This document shows positions 1-17,555 of a DNA stretch of 64,000 bases, in pieces. The position numbers and the translations under genes are program-made. The notes under the pieces are model-generated. The model made no database searches. It saw only the letters and a program-made list of their open reading frames with translations, and was not told the origin of the DNA. Position 1 is the first letter of the stretch. Each line of letters begins with the position of its first letter. Source of the stretch: Eledone cirrhosa (lineage: Eukaryota); NCBI GenBank assembly GCA_964016885.1, contig OZ024750.1:19654001-19718000 (forward strand). Reading direction: 5' to 3'.

Positions 1-214
1 AGTGCTGGGCCCATGGTACCATGTGACGACAAATGCAGAGAGATCTCCAGATATAAAGCAATGCCTGTGCCGTGAAGCTTTTATAGTGAGCAAAGGCACT
101 GCACAAAGCCAGTCCCACTCTCTTAACCAAGATGATATTTACCAAAAAGAAGAACAAGTCAACATCATTGGATACCATCAGGGTTGCAGGTGTTATATCA
201 GAGTTTTCCTTCTC

Positions 215-303
215 CTAGAATTCTGCCTTGACAAAGGCTAAGGGGTCATCTCTCCCGGGCTAGAATTCTGCCTTGACAAAGGCTAAGGGGTCATCTCTCC
301 CGG
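215..303. repeat. Tandem duplication (2 x 44 bp, 45-bp period) at the edge of a repeat-derived segment next to the giant TA tract
   Basis: ctagaattctgccttgacaaaggctaaggggtcatctctcccgg occurs at 215-258 and 260-303. Confidence 0.9.
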
Positions 304-4602
<4,299 letters not shown>

Positions 4603-4604
4603 TA

Positions 4605-4813
4605 TGAAAGGAGGAAGTTATAGTTCCCTTGAAGCATTGTGTAATGAGGTATAAACGTTTGTATATGTATAATAAAGCCAAAACAATGCAGGTATGGACA
4701 TTGAATAAAGAATGCAAATACAAAAGATATTGTTGACAATTAGTCTTTTACCTTAGATTTATTTAAATGTCCTTAATTTTCGAGATAATATCTCTTCTTC
4801 GGAAGGATGTAAA
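4605..4813 (-). mobile_element. Family A TA-anchored element (PLE pLTR-like) with an HHR-like motif at 4762-4813
   Basis: Near-identical to 34654-34850. Minus strand reads tcctt-CCGAAGA-a-gagat att atctc-GAAA-att-aagga. TA-rich sequence on both sides. Confidence 0.7.
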
Positions 4814-4825
4814 TATATATTTATA

Positions 4826-5012
4826 TTTATTAAAATAACAGATTAAAGTTTAAGCAGAAAATCCCGTTAAGGTCAAAGCAGCAATTCTTTGCTTAAACTT
4901 TAATCTGTTATTTTAATACATATTTGTTCTACGGTTCTTATGTATCTGATATCATATATATTTATCCTTATCGAGCTCTTTGGATTTTAGTCTTCAAATT
5001 TATTATTATTAC
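4826..5012 (+). mobile_element. Family B TA-anchored element with a short 5' inverted duplication
   Basis: taaaataacagattaaagtttaagc is inverted to gcttaaactttaatctgttatttta. Body recurs near 6655, 6912, 15540, 23513, 32115 and 46500. Confidence 0.75.
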
Positions 5013-5162
5013 TATATATATATATATATATAGATATATAGATATATAGATATATAGATATATAGATAGATATAGATATAGATATATATATATATAGATA
5101 TAGATATATATATAGATATATATATATAGATAGATATAGATATAGATATAGATAGAGAGAGA
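5013..5162. repeat. (TA)n/(TAGA)n/(GA)n compound microsatellite
   Basis: Direct reading. Confidence 0.9.
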
Positions 5163-5211
5163 AACGTGCATTCACCGCTATCTCTTACCACCGTGATCTC
5201 TCATTCATTTG

Positions 5212-5399
5212 AATTGCCAGTATCGCGAGATGGTCGGACGCCATGCTTTCCATCATAGTTACGTCCCTTTACGGTCTGAGTTCAAATCCCGTCGAGGTTA
5301 ACTTCACCTTTCATATTACGGTGTCGATAAAATAAAGTACCTGTAATACACTGGATAATTGCTGGCCTTGTGTAAAAAAAGTAGAAACAATTATTATTA
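5212..5399 (+). mobile_element. tRNA-derived SINE (family S1)
   Basis: A-box-like tgccagtatcg, B-box gttcaaatccc, core gtcgataaaataaagtacc, tail agtagaaacaattatt. Confidence 0.85.
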
Positions 5400-6030
5400 T
5401 AAGTGCACGCAAATGATCGACCCGGAAATGCAAGCGATACAAAAGTCGCAAAGCAAGAAAGACACTTGGAGGGGGATGATGTATTATTTGCAGCTCTAAC
5501 ACTAAACTACTGATCTGTCAAACACAATTATATAAGAAGACACAAATCTACATTCATGTCGTTAGAAATGAGTCACGAATGTATTTTAAGGTACATTTTA
5601 TGAGATATCGAAACAGAAAAAATTTATCTGTTGTTGACAGCTTGTAAAAATTGCTTGAATAAACAATTTGATGCGATTCATTGTAACTTACATTTTCGAT
5701 ACAATAGAATAATTGGCCGTCAATTGTAATAGAAAGCTTTCAGTTGTAAGAGAAATAAAATTGTAAGACTCTTTATGTCTTTGGAATTTTGTTATCACAC
5801 ACGCGCAATACATATATGCCCACGCACGCACAAACACACACACTCTCACACAGAGACACCCACCCAAACCCACACACACCCACACACATCTGTATATATA
5901 CATATATTAATTCGATTTCTAATTTCTGTCACAGACTTCAGTTTTAGAGCAGTCAGTTCTGTAGAACGAGTTAAGTATAATCATGTCACTACTGTGATTG
6001 ATTTTATTCATGTTATCATTAGGACGGTGA

Positions 6031-6187
6031 ATTGGCAGTATCGGTAGAGGGTCGAACGCCATGCTTTGCAGCATAGAGTTACGGCCCTTTACAGTCTGTG
6101 TTCAAATCCCACCGAGGTCAACTTTGTACCAGTAATGCACTAGGACAATTGCTGGCCATGTGCCAAAAGTAGAAATAGTTATCATTA
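6031..6187 (+). mobile_element. SINE S1, internally deleted
   Basis: tggcagtatcggtagagggtcg...gttcaaatcccaccgagg...gccaaaagtagaaa. Confidence 0.85.
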
Positions 6188-6216
6188 ATAACAATTAATT
6201 GTCTTCTTTTATATCT

Positions 6217-6328
6217 AATAATTGTTTCTACTTTTGGAACAAGGGCAGCAATTATTCCAGTCCATCACTGGTACTTTATTTTATCGAACCCGTACGGATG
6301 AAAGGCAAAGTTAACCTCGGCGGAATTT
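6217..6328 (-). mobile_element. SINE S1 3' part, inverted relative to the preceding copy
   Basis: Reverse complement of the S1 core and tail. Confidence 0.85.
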
Positions 6329-6603
6329 AATGGTGCTGGCTTTCTGAAAGGTACTTATAAAACCCAAGACAACTTTGACTAATACGACCTACGGTTGAAA
6401 GCACTAAACTCATACCCCCATCCTTCATTCGAATATAATTTGACCTCTGTGATATTTGAAGCATATAAAGTTAAGCTCCTGCGGTTCTGCCAACATAAAT
6501 ATCATCAAAATTATGACAAACAAAATATACAAAGAATTGAAACGGAAACAAAAAATAATGTTTAGAAACAACACACACACACCCACACACACCCACCTAC
6601 ACC

Positions 6604-6654
<51 letters not shown>

Positions 6655-6658
<4 letters not shown>

Positions 6659-6775
6659 ATAATATTAAATTTGAAGACTAAAATCCAAAGATGGCTCGAT
6701 AGGGATAAATATATAATAACAGATTAAAGCACCGATTCTTTGCTTAAACTTTAATCTGTTAGTTTAATAAATATA
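6655..6775. mobile_element. Family B element, rearranged foldback copy between TA runs
   Basis: aatttgaagactaaaatccaaag (reverse complement of the B 3' end) joined to gattctttgcttaaactttaatctgtt. Confidence 0.7.
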
Positions 6776-6911
6776 TAGTGTATATATATATATATGAAAG
6801 ACGTAAAATAAGAAAATTATAATAATTAACTTACTTAAGTTTCACTCCAACTAAATAGTTTCTGAAAGGGGATGGATATACATAGTGCTCAAAACCATGG
6901 AGAATTATATG

Positions 6912-7008
6912 TATATTTATTAAAATAACAGATTAAAGTTTTAGCAAAGAATCGGTGCTTTCACCCTTTGGATTTTAGTCCTCAAATTTATTATTATTAT
7001 TATTACTA
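6912..7008. mobile_element. Family B element, inverted and deleted copy
   Basis: taaaataacagattaaagttttagcaaagaatcggtgctttcaccc joined to tttggattttagtcctcaaatttattatt. Confidence 0.7.
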
Positions 7009-7169
7009 TATATATATATATATAAATAGGAACCCGTTTTACGTGTGTTGTGTTGAGGCAAATATCTATGTGTATACTCTGGTAATAATCTTACATTGCC
7101 CATTGAGTGCGCTGAGATACAACCGGGACTGGCATTGATAAATATGCTGGGTCCGTCAACCCTTATATA

Positions 7170-7208
<39 letters not shown>

Positions 7209-8294
7209 CTATTCTTAGACAAACGTTGTTACGGAGGAGTGGGAGCCAACATTCCTGAGAATGCGAAATAACTAAAATTGAAAAATATATTAACTCAGTT
7301 ATAGAGCTGTATTGTATGTTAATTAAAGTTTTACGCGTTTCCCAATCTTCAATAAACAATCCTACAATATATCATGATACCACATGGAATTATTCACGAG
7401 CTATAAGAAGGGATAATATGTTTTGAAACAATGTCGTTTATATCACAGCTGTATATCTATATGCACGTATCAGTATCTATATCTAATTAACTATATGTGC
7501 CGGAAAATATATACATAACTCAATAAACAATGCCATTTTGAATCAAAACACTGAGTATAGTTTCATTTTCAAATATCAAGTAATATTCTATTCCAGTTAA
7601 GTATTTTATCATGTGTTATATAATTTAATCAAATGTTGATTTTGGTGGAATTTGAAAGAAACTGAAGAGAAAGGAGTCAAAATACCAGAATGCATTCAAT
7701 CCAATGCAATAAAGGTTTTACCTATTCACCAACTAAATGTATAATAAGAAGTGGTGTAACGTATTCCATCTGCCCACAATCTGTATATAAAATATCTTAG
7801 ATTATCTTTCTGCTTGTTTTGAATATAAATCCTAAACATTAAAATACTACAAGCCCCGTGCCGTCAAAAATAACGGCTAAAGGGTAGGTGTTTATTTGTA
7901 CATACCTTTCAACTGCGGTCGTTTTATATTCTAGATAATGTTTATGTATATGTATATATTTGGATACTGAAACATACATGAGTTACATCCCTTTGCGAAA
8001 CGTACAAAAAACTAGAGCATTATATATCTCAGTTATTTTGCAATTTAAATTTCTAAAACGATTTTAACTCTATTTCACAATGTCTCACCATTAATAATTA
8101 CACTAACAAAGACATAAATACATAATATAATCAAAGTTGCATACGTTTAGACATACCCCCTCCCCCCACATACACATATAAATCTAGTAGAAAGAAGGCC
8201 GGCTTTGAAAGGGCACCATGTAATATACGCTACATCATTACATGTGTGTGTGTGTATATATATATACATATATACAAATATATATTTATATAAG

Positions 8295-8330
<36 letters not shown>

Positions 8331-8351
8331 AATATATATTTATATAAGTAA

Positions 8352-8384
<33 letters not shown>

Positions 8385-9586
8385 ATATATACGTATATAT
8401 ATATTTAAATATATATGTGTGTGTGTGTGTGTGTTTGTGCGTGGATGTATGTGGGTGTGTGTAATTTTTTTGTATGTGTATATAATCACATAGAAGCAAA
8501 TATATGATTATTATTAGTCTGTGTAAACGAAGCAGTAGGGAAAAAATTCCTGCATTGAAAATTATTCAAATGATGTAAAGCATAGAAATTAGCGAAACAA
8601 AACTTTATAAAATTATAAAGAGTAATTGTGGAATTAACTACAGCTAATGACTTTCTGTTAATCATGTCATTACATTTAACCGAACTAATTTAATACAGTA
8701 GATTTGCCTTTCATAAACATTTTGTTTAGAATTCTTAGATCTTGCTGCATTATATGATGGTGATTAACTTCTTACCAAATTCCTTTCTTTTTTGTAGTAG
8801 TAATTTCTTTTGAAATGATAAATTATTGTCCGTATAATTTCATAACTAACTAATATTTTATTAAAGGCAAATTTTGTTGAATATATTTATGTATATGTAA
8901 TTTTATATAAGAAGTGAATCATTTATTTCTGTATTCATTTTAATTATAATATTTTGTTTCTGTATTGCTTTTGATTGATATCAGAAATATTATTACTTAA
9001 ATTTTGAAAAAATATAGTGGAAAAGAAAACTGTTTACATAAAGTATTAATGCTAGAGATATAATTTAAAAATTTATAAACAAATAAATAGAATTGTAATT
9101 AGGATTTGAATACTTTCTTTAACAAAATCAGTATTATGTAATTTGAGAGCTGAAATGATTTATACTTTAACAAATCCACGTTTTTACTGTTCAAAGTACA
9201 TATAATTGGCTCATAAATTTCAGTGTGGTTAAGGTGTTTAATTCGCAAACTAATGGTTGCAGGTTTAATCATACTGAATGTTACCGTAAGAAAAACATTT
9301 TTTTTTGTTTCTGAAAGCGTTGCATTAACCATTCATATCTAAGCAAACTTTCATTAACGAGAATTGTGAAGAAGCCTGCAGCATATACAAGTATCAGAAT
9401 ATATATATATGTTTTATTGATGGCGCACTATCTCTCTCTAGTGTGTTTCAACATATTGTATATATATATATAGCCTCAGTTTGCTGAGCTTTGTTCTGCT
9501 ATTTTTACCATCCTCGCGCCAATCTAACTTGATATATGTGTGTGTGTCTTTATGTATGCATGTATTTATGTATGTATGCATGTATA

Positions 9587-9655
<69 letters not shown>

Positions 9656-10004
9656 GCGAGAGAGAGAGACTGTGATTGATTGCTTCAGTTGTTGGATGTC
9701 TTAATGTTAGTAAATTCAATATGCCTATATAAACGATAACAAATTAACTAAATCTATTATATGGATTTAATCAACAGAATCATCTCTTATAATTAAACGC
9801 CTGTTATTAAAATCCGAAAATAGACAAAAGCACAACGTAATTCCCTATTAATAAATACATCTAAACGTAATTATATCTTGTAGACATTAATAATCCTTTG
9901 ATAACAACAATTATTGATGTCTGGTTCTTTGTGTACGACGTTTAATAAGCGTGGTTTAAATCATTGCTTATTATATAGCAGCATAATTATACACGTCTTT
10001 TGAA

Positions 10005-10600
10005 ACATATACTCCTTTGTCTCATCATATTTTATGCTTGCATGGGTTGTATGAGTCCTTTTCAGCACCGCCTCCCTTCGACTCGTAACACTCCTATGTT
10101 TTTAAGGGGTTTTAAATGATACATAGTCACCTCTGCCCAGCGTTGTTTCCGCACTTATTTCACTTCGGCTTATTTCCACTGGTATCTCATGTCTCTGTTC
10201 CTCCCATCGTTTATTTTCTATGCGCATCGCACGTACATACCAGCACAGTTTTCTCTTTTGCACACTATATATGATTCTTCGCATACCCAGTTTTACTTTC
10301 AGTACATCCATGCCACGTCGTTCATGCACATTGCTCATCCAAGGATGCATCCTAGCTTCGTTTCTTTCCAACCACCATGTAATCTCAGCATTTACCGTCC
10401 ATGTGTCACTGCTATGCAGCATCACCCTTGTCACAATTTCCTCTTCCCTCGCAGATAAACCACTTTAAAAAAAAAAAGTTAATTCCCATTTTTCTCAGCT
10501 TCTTGTTGCTATACCTTTACAATAACCTCCTTTCCTGTTACTTAGATCAGCTAAGTAACAGAAACTGTCAACTACACTTATATGACTCATTACACACATT
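10005..10600 (-). pseudogene. Degraded RTE-clade LINE 3' region (RT C-terminus and 3' end)
   Basis: ORF 10102-10434 VMLHSSDTWTV..LERNEARM..RKLCWY resembles the RTE motifs LYGSETW / E.RMLR / RLRWFGH. Confidence 0.7.
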
Positions 10601-10978
10601 ACTAACGGGATTCATGACTGCTGTTTGGGGTCCAGGTTGGGGTGTCTTCTCATTGTTTTGTGGATTAATTTGAACAACAACGGCTTTATATATCGACGTA
10701 ATTTTTATCTATCACTTACTTCAGATGTAACATGAAATAAACTAAAATAACCTTGGATAAAATGCTCAGCAGTAAATAGAATTGAAACATAAAAAGAAGA
10801 CTAAATATTTGTCGTAAACGTTTTGGTAGAAGTCGTGATATAATTTACATTAATCCCCATTTTTGTTAAATAGTTAATCCCAATCACGTTCTCGTTGGTA
10901 TGCCTTTACAATAACCTCCGTTCCTGCCACTTAGATCAGCTAAGTAACAGAAACTGTCAACTTCATCTATATAATTCA

Positions 10979-11966
10979 CTAGCAGTAAAGCCCGGCGTTG
11001 CTCGGGGTCGCTCAGTAGCTGTGTTAAAGTTACAATGTTAAGTTTCTTTCTTGGCTTAAAAACTGTAGTGTCTACTGTGCAGACTTGCATGTGGTCTTTT
11101 TTATTAATATTCCCTCAACCAACAATATGCCTTATGAAGTTAAGAAAACATAACGATAACCCGAATGTTATAACAAAAGAGGATGCTGGGGATAGAAACT
11201 GCACTGGTTATTTATTAACAAAGATCGAAAATGTAAACACTGCAACGCAGAGAAAATCATTAGCGTAACCAAATTATCAGTTATGTCTGTCTGCACGCCT
11301 ATATCACCTCTCTGCACGACTATCTGTCTGCACGCCTATATCACCTCTCTGCACGACTGTCTGTCTGCACGCCTATATCACCTCTCTGCACGACTGTCTG
11401 TCTGCACGCCTATATCACCTCTCTGCACGACTATCTGTCTGCACGCGTATATCACCTCTCTGCACGACTGTCTGTCTGCACGACTGTCTGTCTGCACGCC
11501 TAACGACGAAATATTTGCTTGTTTTACGTAGTCTTTAAATAGACTTGTTTTCAAGTAAAAATATTGTTTTAAAATGCTTTTAAATGGAAATGAAGTAAAA
11601 CGGAAGCTTAGTGTTCGAACTGATGAATTTTGCAGGTCAATATTTTGCTGGCTCGACGACAACTGTTCGTGTATTGTTTTAATGTCATTTTAAACGCTGA
11701 GAAAGCCAGCGTAATTTTTTACGTAAGACGCTCAATGTAAACAGAACAAAGGGAAATAACTGATAACTTACGCTCAAAAATCGATACATTATATTCGATT
11801 TCGTCACATAGGGTGGGTGAATTTGAAATTTTTTTTTTCCGATGTCTTCGCTAGGGCTCAATGTACAAGTATAGCAATTTCGGTGCAATTCCGTGAGAGA
11901 TTCTAAGAGGAGATGTGTGCCAAAAATCGATAGACAGACAGACAACCACAGTTTTATATATATAGA
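10979..11966 (-). mobile_element. Non-autonomous Helitron
   Basis: Minus strand starts TCTATATATATAAAA followed by (GTCT)n. It ends with the hairpin CCCGAGCAACGCCGGG about 8 nt before CTAG. Inserted at A^T with no TSD. Confidence 0.88.
11284..11501. repeat. 37-bp minisatellite (about 5.5 units) inside the Helitron
   Basis: Unit tgtctgtctgcacgcctatatcacctctctgcacgac. Confidence 0.95.
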
Positions 11967-12979
11967 TTACGCACTTTACTAACGAGATTCATGACTGCTG
12001 TTTGGGGTCCAGGTTGGGGTGTATTCTCATTGTTTTATGGATTAATTTGAGCAATAACGATCTTTTATATCGAAGTAAATATTGTCTATCACTTACTTCA
12101 GATATAACATGAAATGAACTAAAATAACCTTGCATAAAATGCACTGCAGCAGTAAATAGAATAGAAACATAAAACGAGGACTAAATGATTATGTCTTAAA
12201 CGTTTTGGTAGAAGTCGTGATATAATTTACATTAATCAGAGATTGAACGGCTTCCAAAGAACAACTTGAAAGCTCTTACGTTTTTATACTCACTGATATC
12301 AGATAAATATATTAATGTATACAATAGCATCATTCCAAAGCTCTCCTTTTCATGTATAGCCATGCCTTAGGTTGAGATCATCGGAAAATACGTATATGGA
12401 ACAAATGTTATGGTTGTCATATTCACTCTGAGTACAATAAGATGGATTTATGTGTTTCACAGGATGGGTAATCAGAGAAAGAAAGACAAATATATACTAC
12501 CAGAAAAAGTGAGATAACATATCACTGTCCGTTGTTTTCGACAGTTCATGTGTACAAGTAAATACTAGTGTCAAATAATTCAATTATTTTCTAATACCCA
12601 TAAGACAGATAAACAATAGAGACCGACTGATATTTGCTGGTGGGTTGGTGAGAAGATTAACACTTACCTTGCAAGCAATCATAGCTACACATTTTTGTAT
12701 TAGAATCCAGTTTACGTAACGAAACACAGCCGAAACACAGGAGGCGATTTATTAATGATATGAGTTAAGCCAGTAGTAGTAATGATGTTAAATATTTCAA
12801 TATTTCACATATTGGACTCGTCTACTTCACATTGAATGTTCTTTTTTCCCACAAACAATTTTCAGAAAAGCTAAAATAATGACACACCCCATAATGTAGT
12901 AATATGAATTAGTGTTACAAATATTCACTTCTATGTTTAAATAAAGCAGAGGCGCAGATGAAATCCAATTAATGGAATG

Positions 12980-13175
12980 TAATCTACCGTTTCCGTTTGT
13001 ACCGGTCACCGCTAAGATATCTGGTGCCTTCTGTCGCAGAACTACCATTGGTTTGCACAGTCAATAGGGGTGCATACCTCCTTAAGAAAGTATCTCGTGA
13101 AGTGCAACATCTGATGCAGCGGCTGTCACTGGCTGTTCAATATAGCAATGCTTTCTGCCATCTGTCCGCATGGTG
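12980..13175 (+). pseudogene. Remnant of a CRE-like (RLE-endonuclease) non-LTR retrotransposon C-terminus
   Basis: FVPVTAKISGAF then, frameshifted, LMQRLSLAVQYSNA. These resemble the FxPxAxETxGxW and QRLSxAxQRGNA motifs. Confidence 0.6.
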
Positions 13176-14459
13176 CAGCTATCATACATCGATTAACCAG
13201 TTGTATACAGTTTTCGCATCCTCTACCTCTTCTTTCCCCATTATTTGACTCTTTCCCCGCTTTTTATCTCTTCCAAATACTTTCCTCAATGTATACGTCG
13301 GTTCAACAATAAATATGAAGTAATCGTTTGCTCAGAAGTGTATAAGAAAAGTATCCTAAAAAATATTAATGTTAGATAATTTGCAATTTGCAATTTGTCA
13401 TTTGTAATAACAACTTGCAGCATACGGGAAATTATTTTGACGGATAATATGCCTTGCATTATCTGTTCTTTTGTATTTTAATGATTTAAACAGTTTCTGT
13501 CGTTATTACATAGTCATCAAAACAATATGTTAGTTTTGGATGCCTTGAAGACAGAAAAATAGTTTCCTTTTTGCTATGTTCTTATTCTTTTGTTATTTGA
13601 AATAATTTCACTTCATTTTTACAACAAATCGTAGTACATGCAGTCCTACAGGGCATATGTTTTAATTAGTATCCAGGCACAGAAAACATCCTAACTTGCT
13701 GTATTCGTGATGAATGTAATAACTTTGTGTTGATCATTAGCAAATGTATTCTGATTGCATTCAATATTCTTATTTTGGTGTTATTTTCTGGTCTAGTCAT
13801 TGTCTAGACTTGCTAATTCACTAGCATTCTAACTGAAACGGTTTCGCTATTGATATATTTCTCTGACAATGAATTGCTTTGTATTGTATAATAATTCTCT
13901 TATTTTGGTTTATTTATCCTAACATAGTAAATGTCTTTAGTACATGCTATTTTATTGATTACATTCGATACAAATTATTTTCCCCATTTTTCTCTCTATT
14001 ATTGCTCTTCCATAAAAGCTTGATGCTAGCGTTTTAGTTTTGATAAGTTTGTTATTGGCGTGTTATATATAAATATTTTCAAACTTTATTAAGGTAGCTA
14101 TTTGATTACTCTATAGTGGTTGTTGTTATGAAAGCTTCTGAAGATATTTGTAAATAAAATATACTATAATGTCTACGTTGGTGTTAAATGTATGTTTTCT
14201 TGTCTACTCTCTGTCGCTTGTTGAGGATTATTCTCGCTGGTCTATTGCATTCTTATTTGATGGTTGGGAACTTTATTCTGATCATAGGTGTGGTTTGTGT
14301 TGATGATTAATCTAACATCAAACCTGATTAAGGAACCGTATGTACAAATACATTATAGCAGGGACAAACCGATCTCGTTATTTGATAACTTCCTTATCTC
14401 ATGCTTCCTTATCTAGTATCCTCCTATAACGATGTTATACAGAGAATGTGGAAACATAA

Positions 14460-14665
14460 TGTATGTATGTATGTATGTATGTATGTATGTATGTATGTAT
14501 GTATGTATGTATGTATGTATGTATGTATGTATGTATGTATGTATGTATGTATGTATGTATGTACGTACGTACGTACGTACGTACGTACGTATGTATGTAT
14601 GTATGTATGTATGTATGTATGTATATATGTATGTATGTATGTATGTGTGTATGTATGTATGTATG
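14460..14665. repeat. (TATG)n microsatellite with an internal (TACG)n block
   Basis: Direct reading. Confidence 0.97.
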
Positions 14666-15279
14666 TGTGTATATGTGTGTCTACATCATTGTTGTTGGCG
14701 AATACTTCAATAACGAAGAGTCTATCGAAGCTCGGTTCAGTTAAGGAAACCTTGTGTACATGCACGATGGTTTGCTTCTTAGGAGCTGTTAGACTGCAAG
14801 GATAGTGTGAGACGATACTGCATGTTTTTATGATCATTGTCAGCGTGTCTTTGTACCACTAGAGGCTGAATGTACCACTATTACGTCAGCCTAAAACGAA
14901 TTCTCCATAAGGTACGATCTTTGACATGCGATGGTCTGACATTTTAAAGACTTACTCTGCCTAGCGCAGTTGTGTCTTGAGAAGAGAAACAGATGATCTT
15001 AGCTTTCACGAGGCTGTTCAGAGCATTTTTAGTATGGTGCGCAGAGAGCGATAGTGGAATCTCTCTGGGAGGAGGGTGTGAGAGGGATACAAGATCCATG
15101 TCTCAGAACCGTATAAGAGAGTGATAAGGATAATGGCCCAGTGGAGTGTGGTCCTCTATTTTGAGGGTTTTCCCCCCAGGTCTCGTGAAATATGTCAAGT
15201 CGCTGTCAGTATTTGGATAGTTGAGTATTCAGACGGACATACATACACATATGCATATATAATTATATGCACACACATC

Positions 15280-15347
<68 letters not shown>

Positions 15348-15348
<1 letters not shown>

Positions 15349-15530
15349 ATAATTGTTTCTACTTTTGGCACAAAGCCAGCAATTACCCACTGCATTACTG
15401 GTACTTTATTTTATCGACTCCGTAAGGATGAAAGGCAAAGTTAACCTCGGCGGGATTTGAACTCAGAATGGCAAGGACCGTAACTCTATGCATCAAAGCA
15501 TGGCGTCCGACTCTCTGCCAATCCACCTCC
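15348..15530 (-). mobile_element. SINE S1, full length
   Basis: Reverse complement of the S1 consensus, including gggatttgaac (B-box). Confidence 0.88.
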
Positions 15531-15539
15531 TTTATATAT

Positions 15540-15668
15540 AGTAATAATAAATGTGAAGACTAAAATCCGAAGAGAGCTCGATAAGGATTATATATTAACC
15601 CGTAGAGCAAATATTTATTATAAGAATAGACTAAAGCAGCGATTCTTTGCTTAAAATTTAAACAGTCC

Positions 15669-15670
<2 letters not shown>
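15540..15670. mobile_element. Family B element, foldback copy
   Basis: gtaataataaatgtgaagactaaaatccgaagagagctcgataagga plus aaagcagcgattctttgcttaaa. Confidence 0.7.
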
Positions 15671-15765
<95 letters not shown>

Positions 15766-17170
15766 GTATGAGGTTGATATACTATACAAGTTATAAAATG
15801 TTTCTAAATAACGTTTATTCTTCCAACGAATATCCATCCGTATTCTTCCCAAAACAGATTTAATATAAAATGAGTTTTTAAAGAATCATTCATTCCTGTG
15901 AAACTTTTCTGTAAAATGGAAAACATGCATTATTACGGCTTTATGGAGAAAGTAAGCCAATATAAAAAAAACGTCTGAATTACAAAGAGGAATAACATAA
16001 ATAAATTTAAAATCAAATATGATGTACTTAATGTTATTTCTTTATCTAATTTTATTTTTATTTTGAATACTTTTGTAGCATATTTATTCAGATTTCTACT
16101 TCAAGTTTAAGAGCGAGAAACAAAAGATAAAGATGATAATTACATTATAAAAATAAACAAACAGAAATATTGGAACAGCGAACAAGATAGAATATAAAAA
16201 AATGAACGAGTACAGAAACAATATGTACACTATCTAAGTTATTTATGTCGTACCATAACATCCATATAAACTAAGTAATATGGAACATAATTATGTATTT
16301 GCATTCATAGGTATTTTAAAACATTATGATGTTAGATTTCTAACATATAAAAGCAGAAACATACTGTTATTTGTATTGCTTCCCGTTTGAAATTGTGATC
16401 ATGAGATTCGTTAAACCATACAATCCTAATCTCTATTCATAAATCATTCTGTTCTTAAGTTCATTTGTTTTTCACAAGCTAATTGTAACTAGAAGTAAGT
16501 TTATAGCAAATCCATGGAAGAATAGAATCTCAATTCGTATTTGAAGCAGTAATAGCAATATACAATATTACAGAGAGGTCGTCGCAGGATAATATGCCCT
16601 GTTGAAACACCAGGCAGAAATTTCAATGACATATCCCTTGAATGTAATCTTAAATAATGAGTAATATATGAGTAAATATTTGTCATATTTGAGTAATATA
16701 TGAGTAAATAGTCGTCATATTTGGAACATATTTCTGCGTATTTGATCATGTCACATTTTCAAGTCTGCTCAGCTCCATCAGGGCATGAATGGGGAGAACA
16801 GGGAAGTTAGAGTAAAGGTATGTTCCAGAGAGTTGGTCCCAGATTCATTAGCGTTAAGCAACTGTAAATATATTGTTCTACTCTGGACAGTTAGACAGTC
16901 CATTGCGTAGTTGAAACCTCCAGGTTCAGATAAAAGGCATTTGTTTTAGGTCCATATATTACATAAATTATAGCTTTGCGATCGGAACACCACCACACTA
17001 AATCCTAGGACATATTATCAATGCTCTGTTGAAGCTAGTTTTCAATAAAACAGCCACAGCATTGATGACTGCATGATAGTCATCCCGATACTAACAATTC
17101 ACCTATGGCAATTTTCAATGATTTACATAGTGAATTGGCTGCTACCAGAGAGAGAATTCCTATAGCATTT

Positions 17171-17358
17171 GGATTGACAGTATCGGTAGAGGGTCGGACG
17201 CCCTGCTTTGACGCATAGAGTTACGGCACTTGCCATTCTGAGTTCAAATCCCGCCGAGGTTAACTTTGCCTTTCATCCTTATCAGGTCGATAAAATAAAG
17301 TACCAGTAATACATTGGGTAATTGCTGGCCTTGTGCCAAAAAGTAGAAACAATTATTG
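17171..17358 (+). mobile_element. SINE S1, first of a tandem triplet
   Basis: Full S1 head, core and tail. Confidence 0.88.
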
Positions 17359-17382
17359 TTCACGGACCCATATAATACGTTA

Positions 17383-17513
17383 ATTGGCAGTATCGGGAGA
17401 GGGTTGGACGCCATTCTTTCTAGCGTAGTTTCCACCATTTATGGTATGAGTTCAAATCCTGTCGAAGTTAACTTTGCCTTTCATTCTTACGGGGGCGATA
17501 AAATAAAGTACCA
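17383..17513 (+). mobile_element. SINE S1, second of the triplet, 3'-truncated
   Basis: S1 head and core. Confidence 0.85.
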
Positions 17514-17555
17514 ATAGAAAAACTTATTTGATTAGGGAATTATTATTTGATTAGC

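Larger units (their letters stand above)
10511..12237. repeat. Tandem duplication of about 350-390 bp: copy 1 at 10511-10855, copy 2 at 10899-10978 plus 11967-12237, split by a Helitron
   Basis: Shared blocks cctttacaataacctcc..acttagatcagctaagtaacagaaactgtcaact and gattcatgactgctgtttggggtccaggttgggg..gtgatataatttacattaatc. Confidence 0.9.

Noticed and set aside
1-241. 79-aa ORF at the window start
   Set aside because: No domain similarity. The segment looks like a non-coding retroelement-derived piece, and its family cannot be assigned.
11284-11501. 37-bp repeats of CRISPR-like length
   Set aside because: The units are contiguous with no unique spacers, there are no cas genes, and the context is a eukaryotic Helitron.
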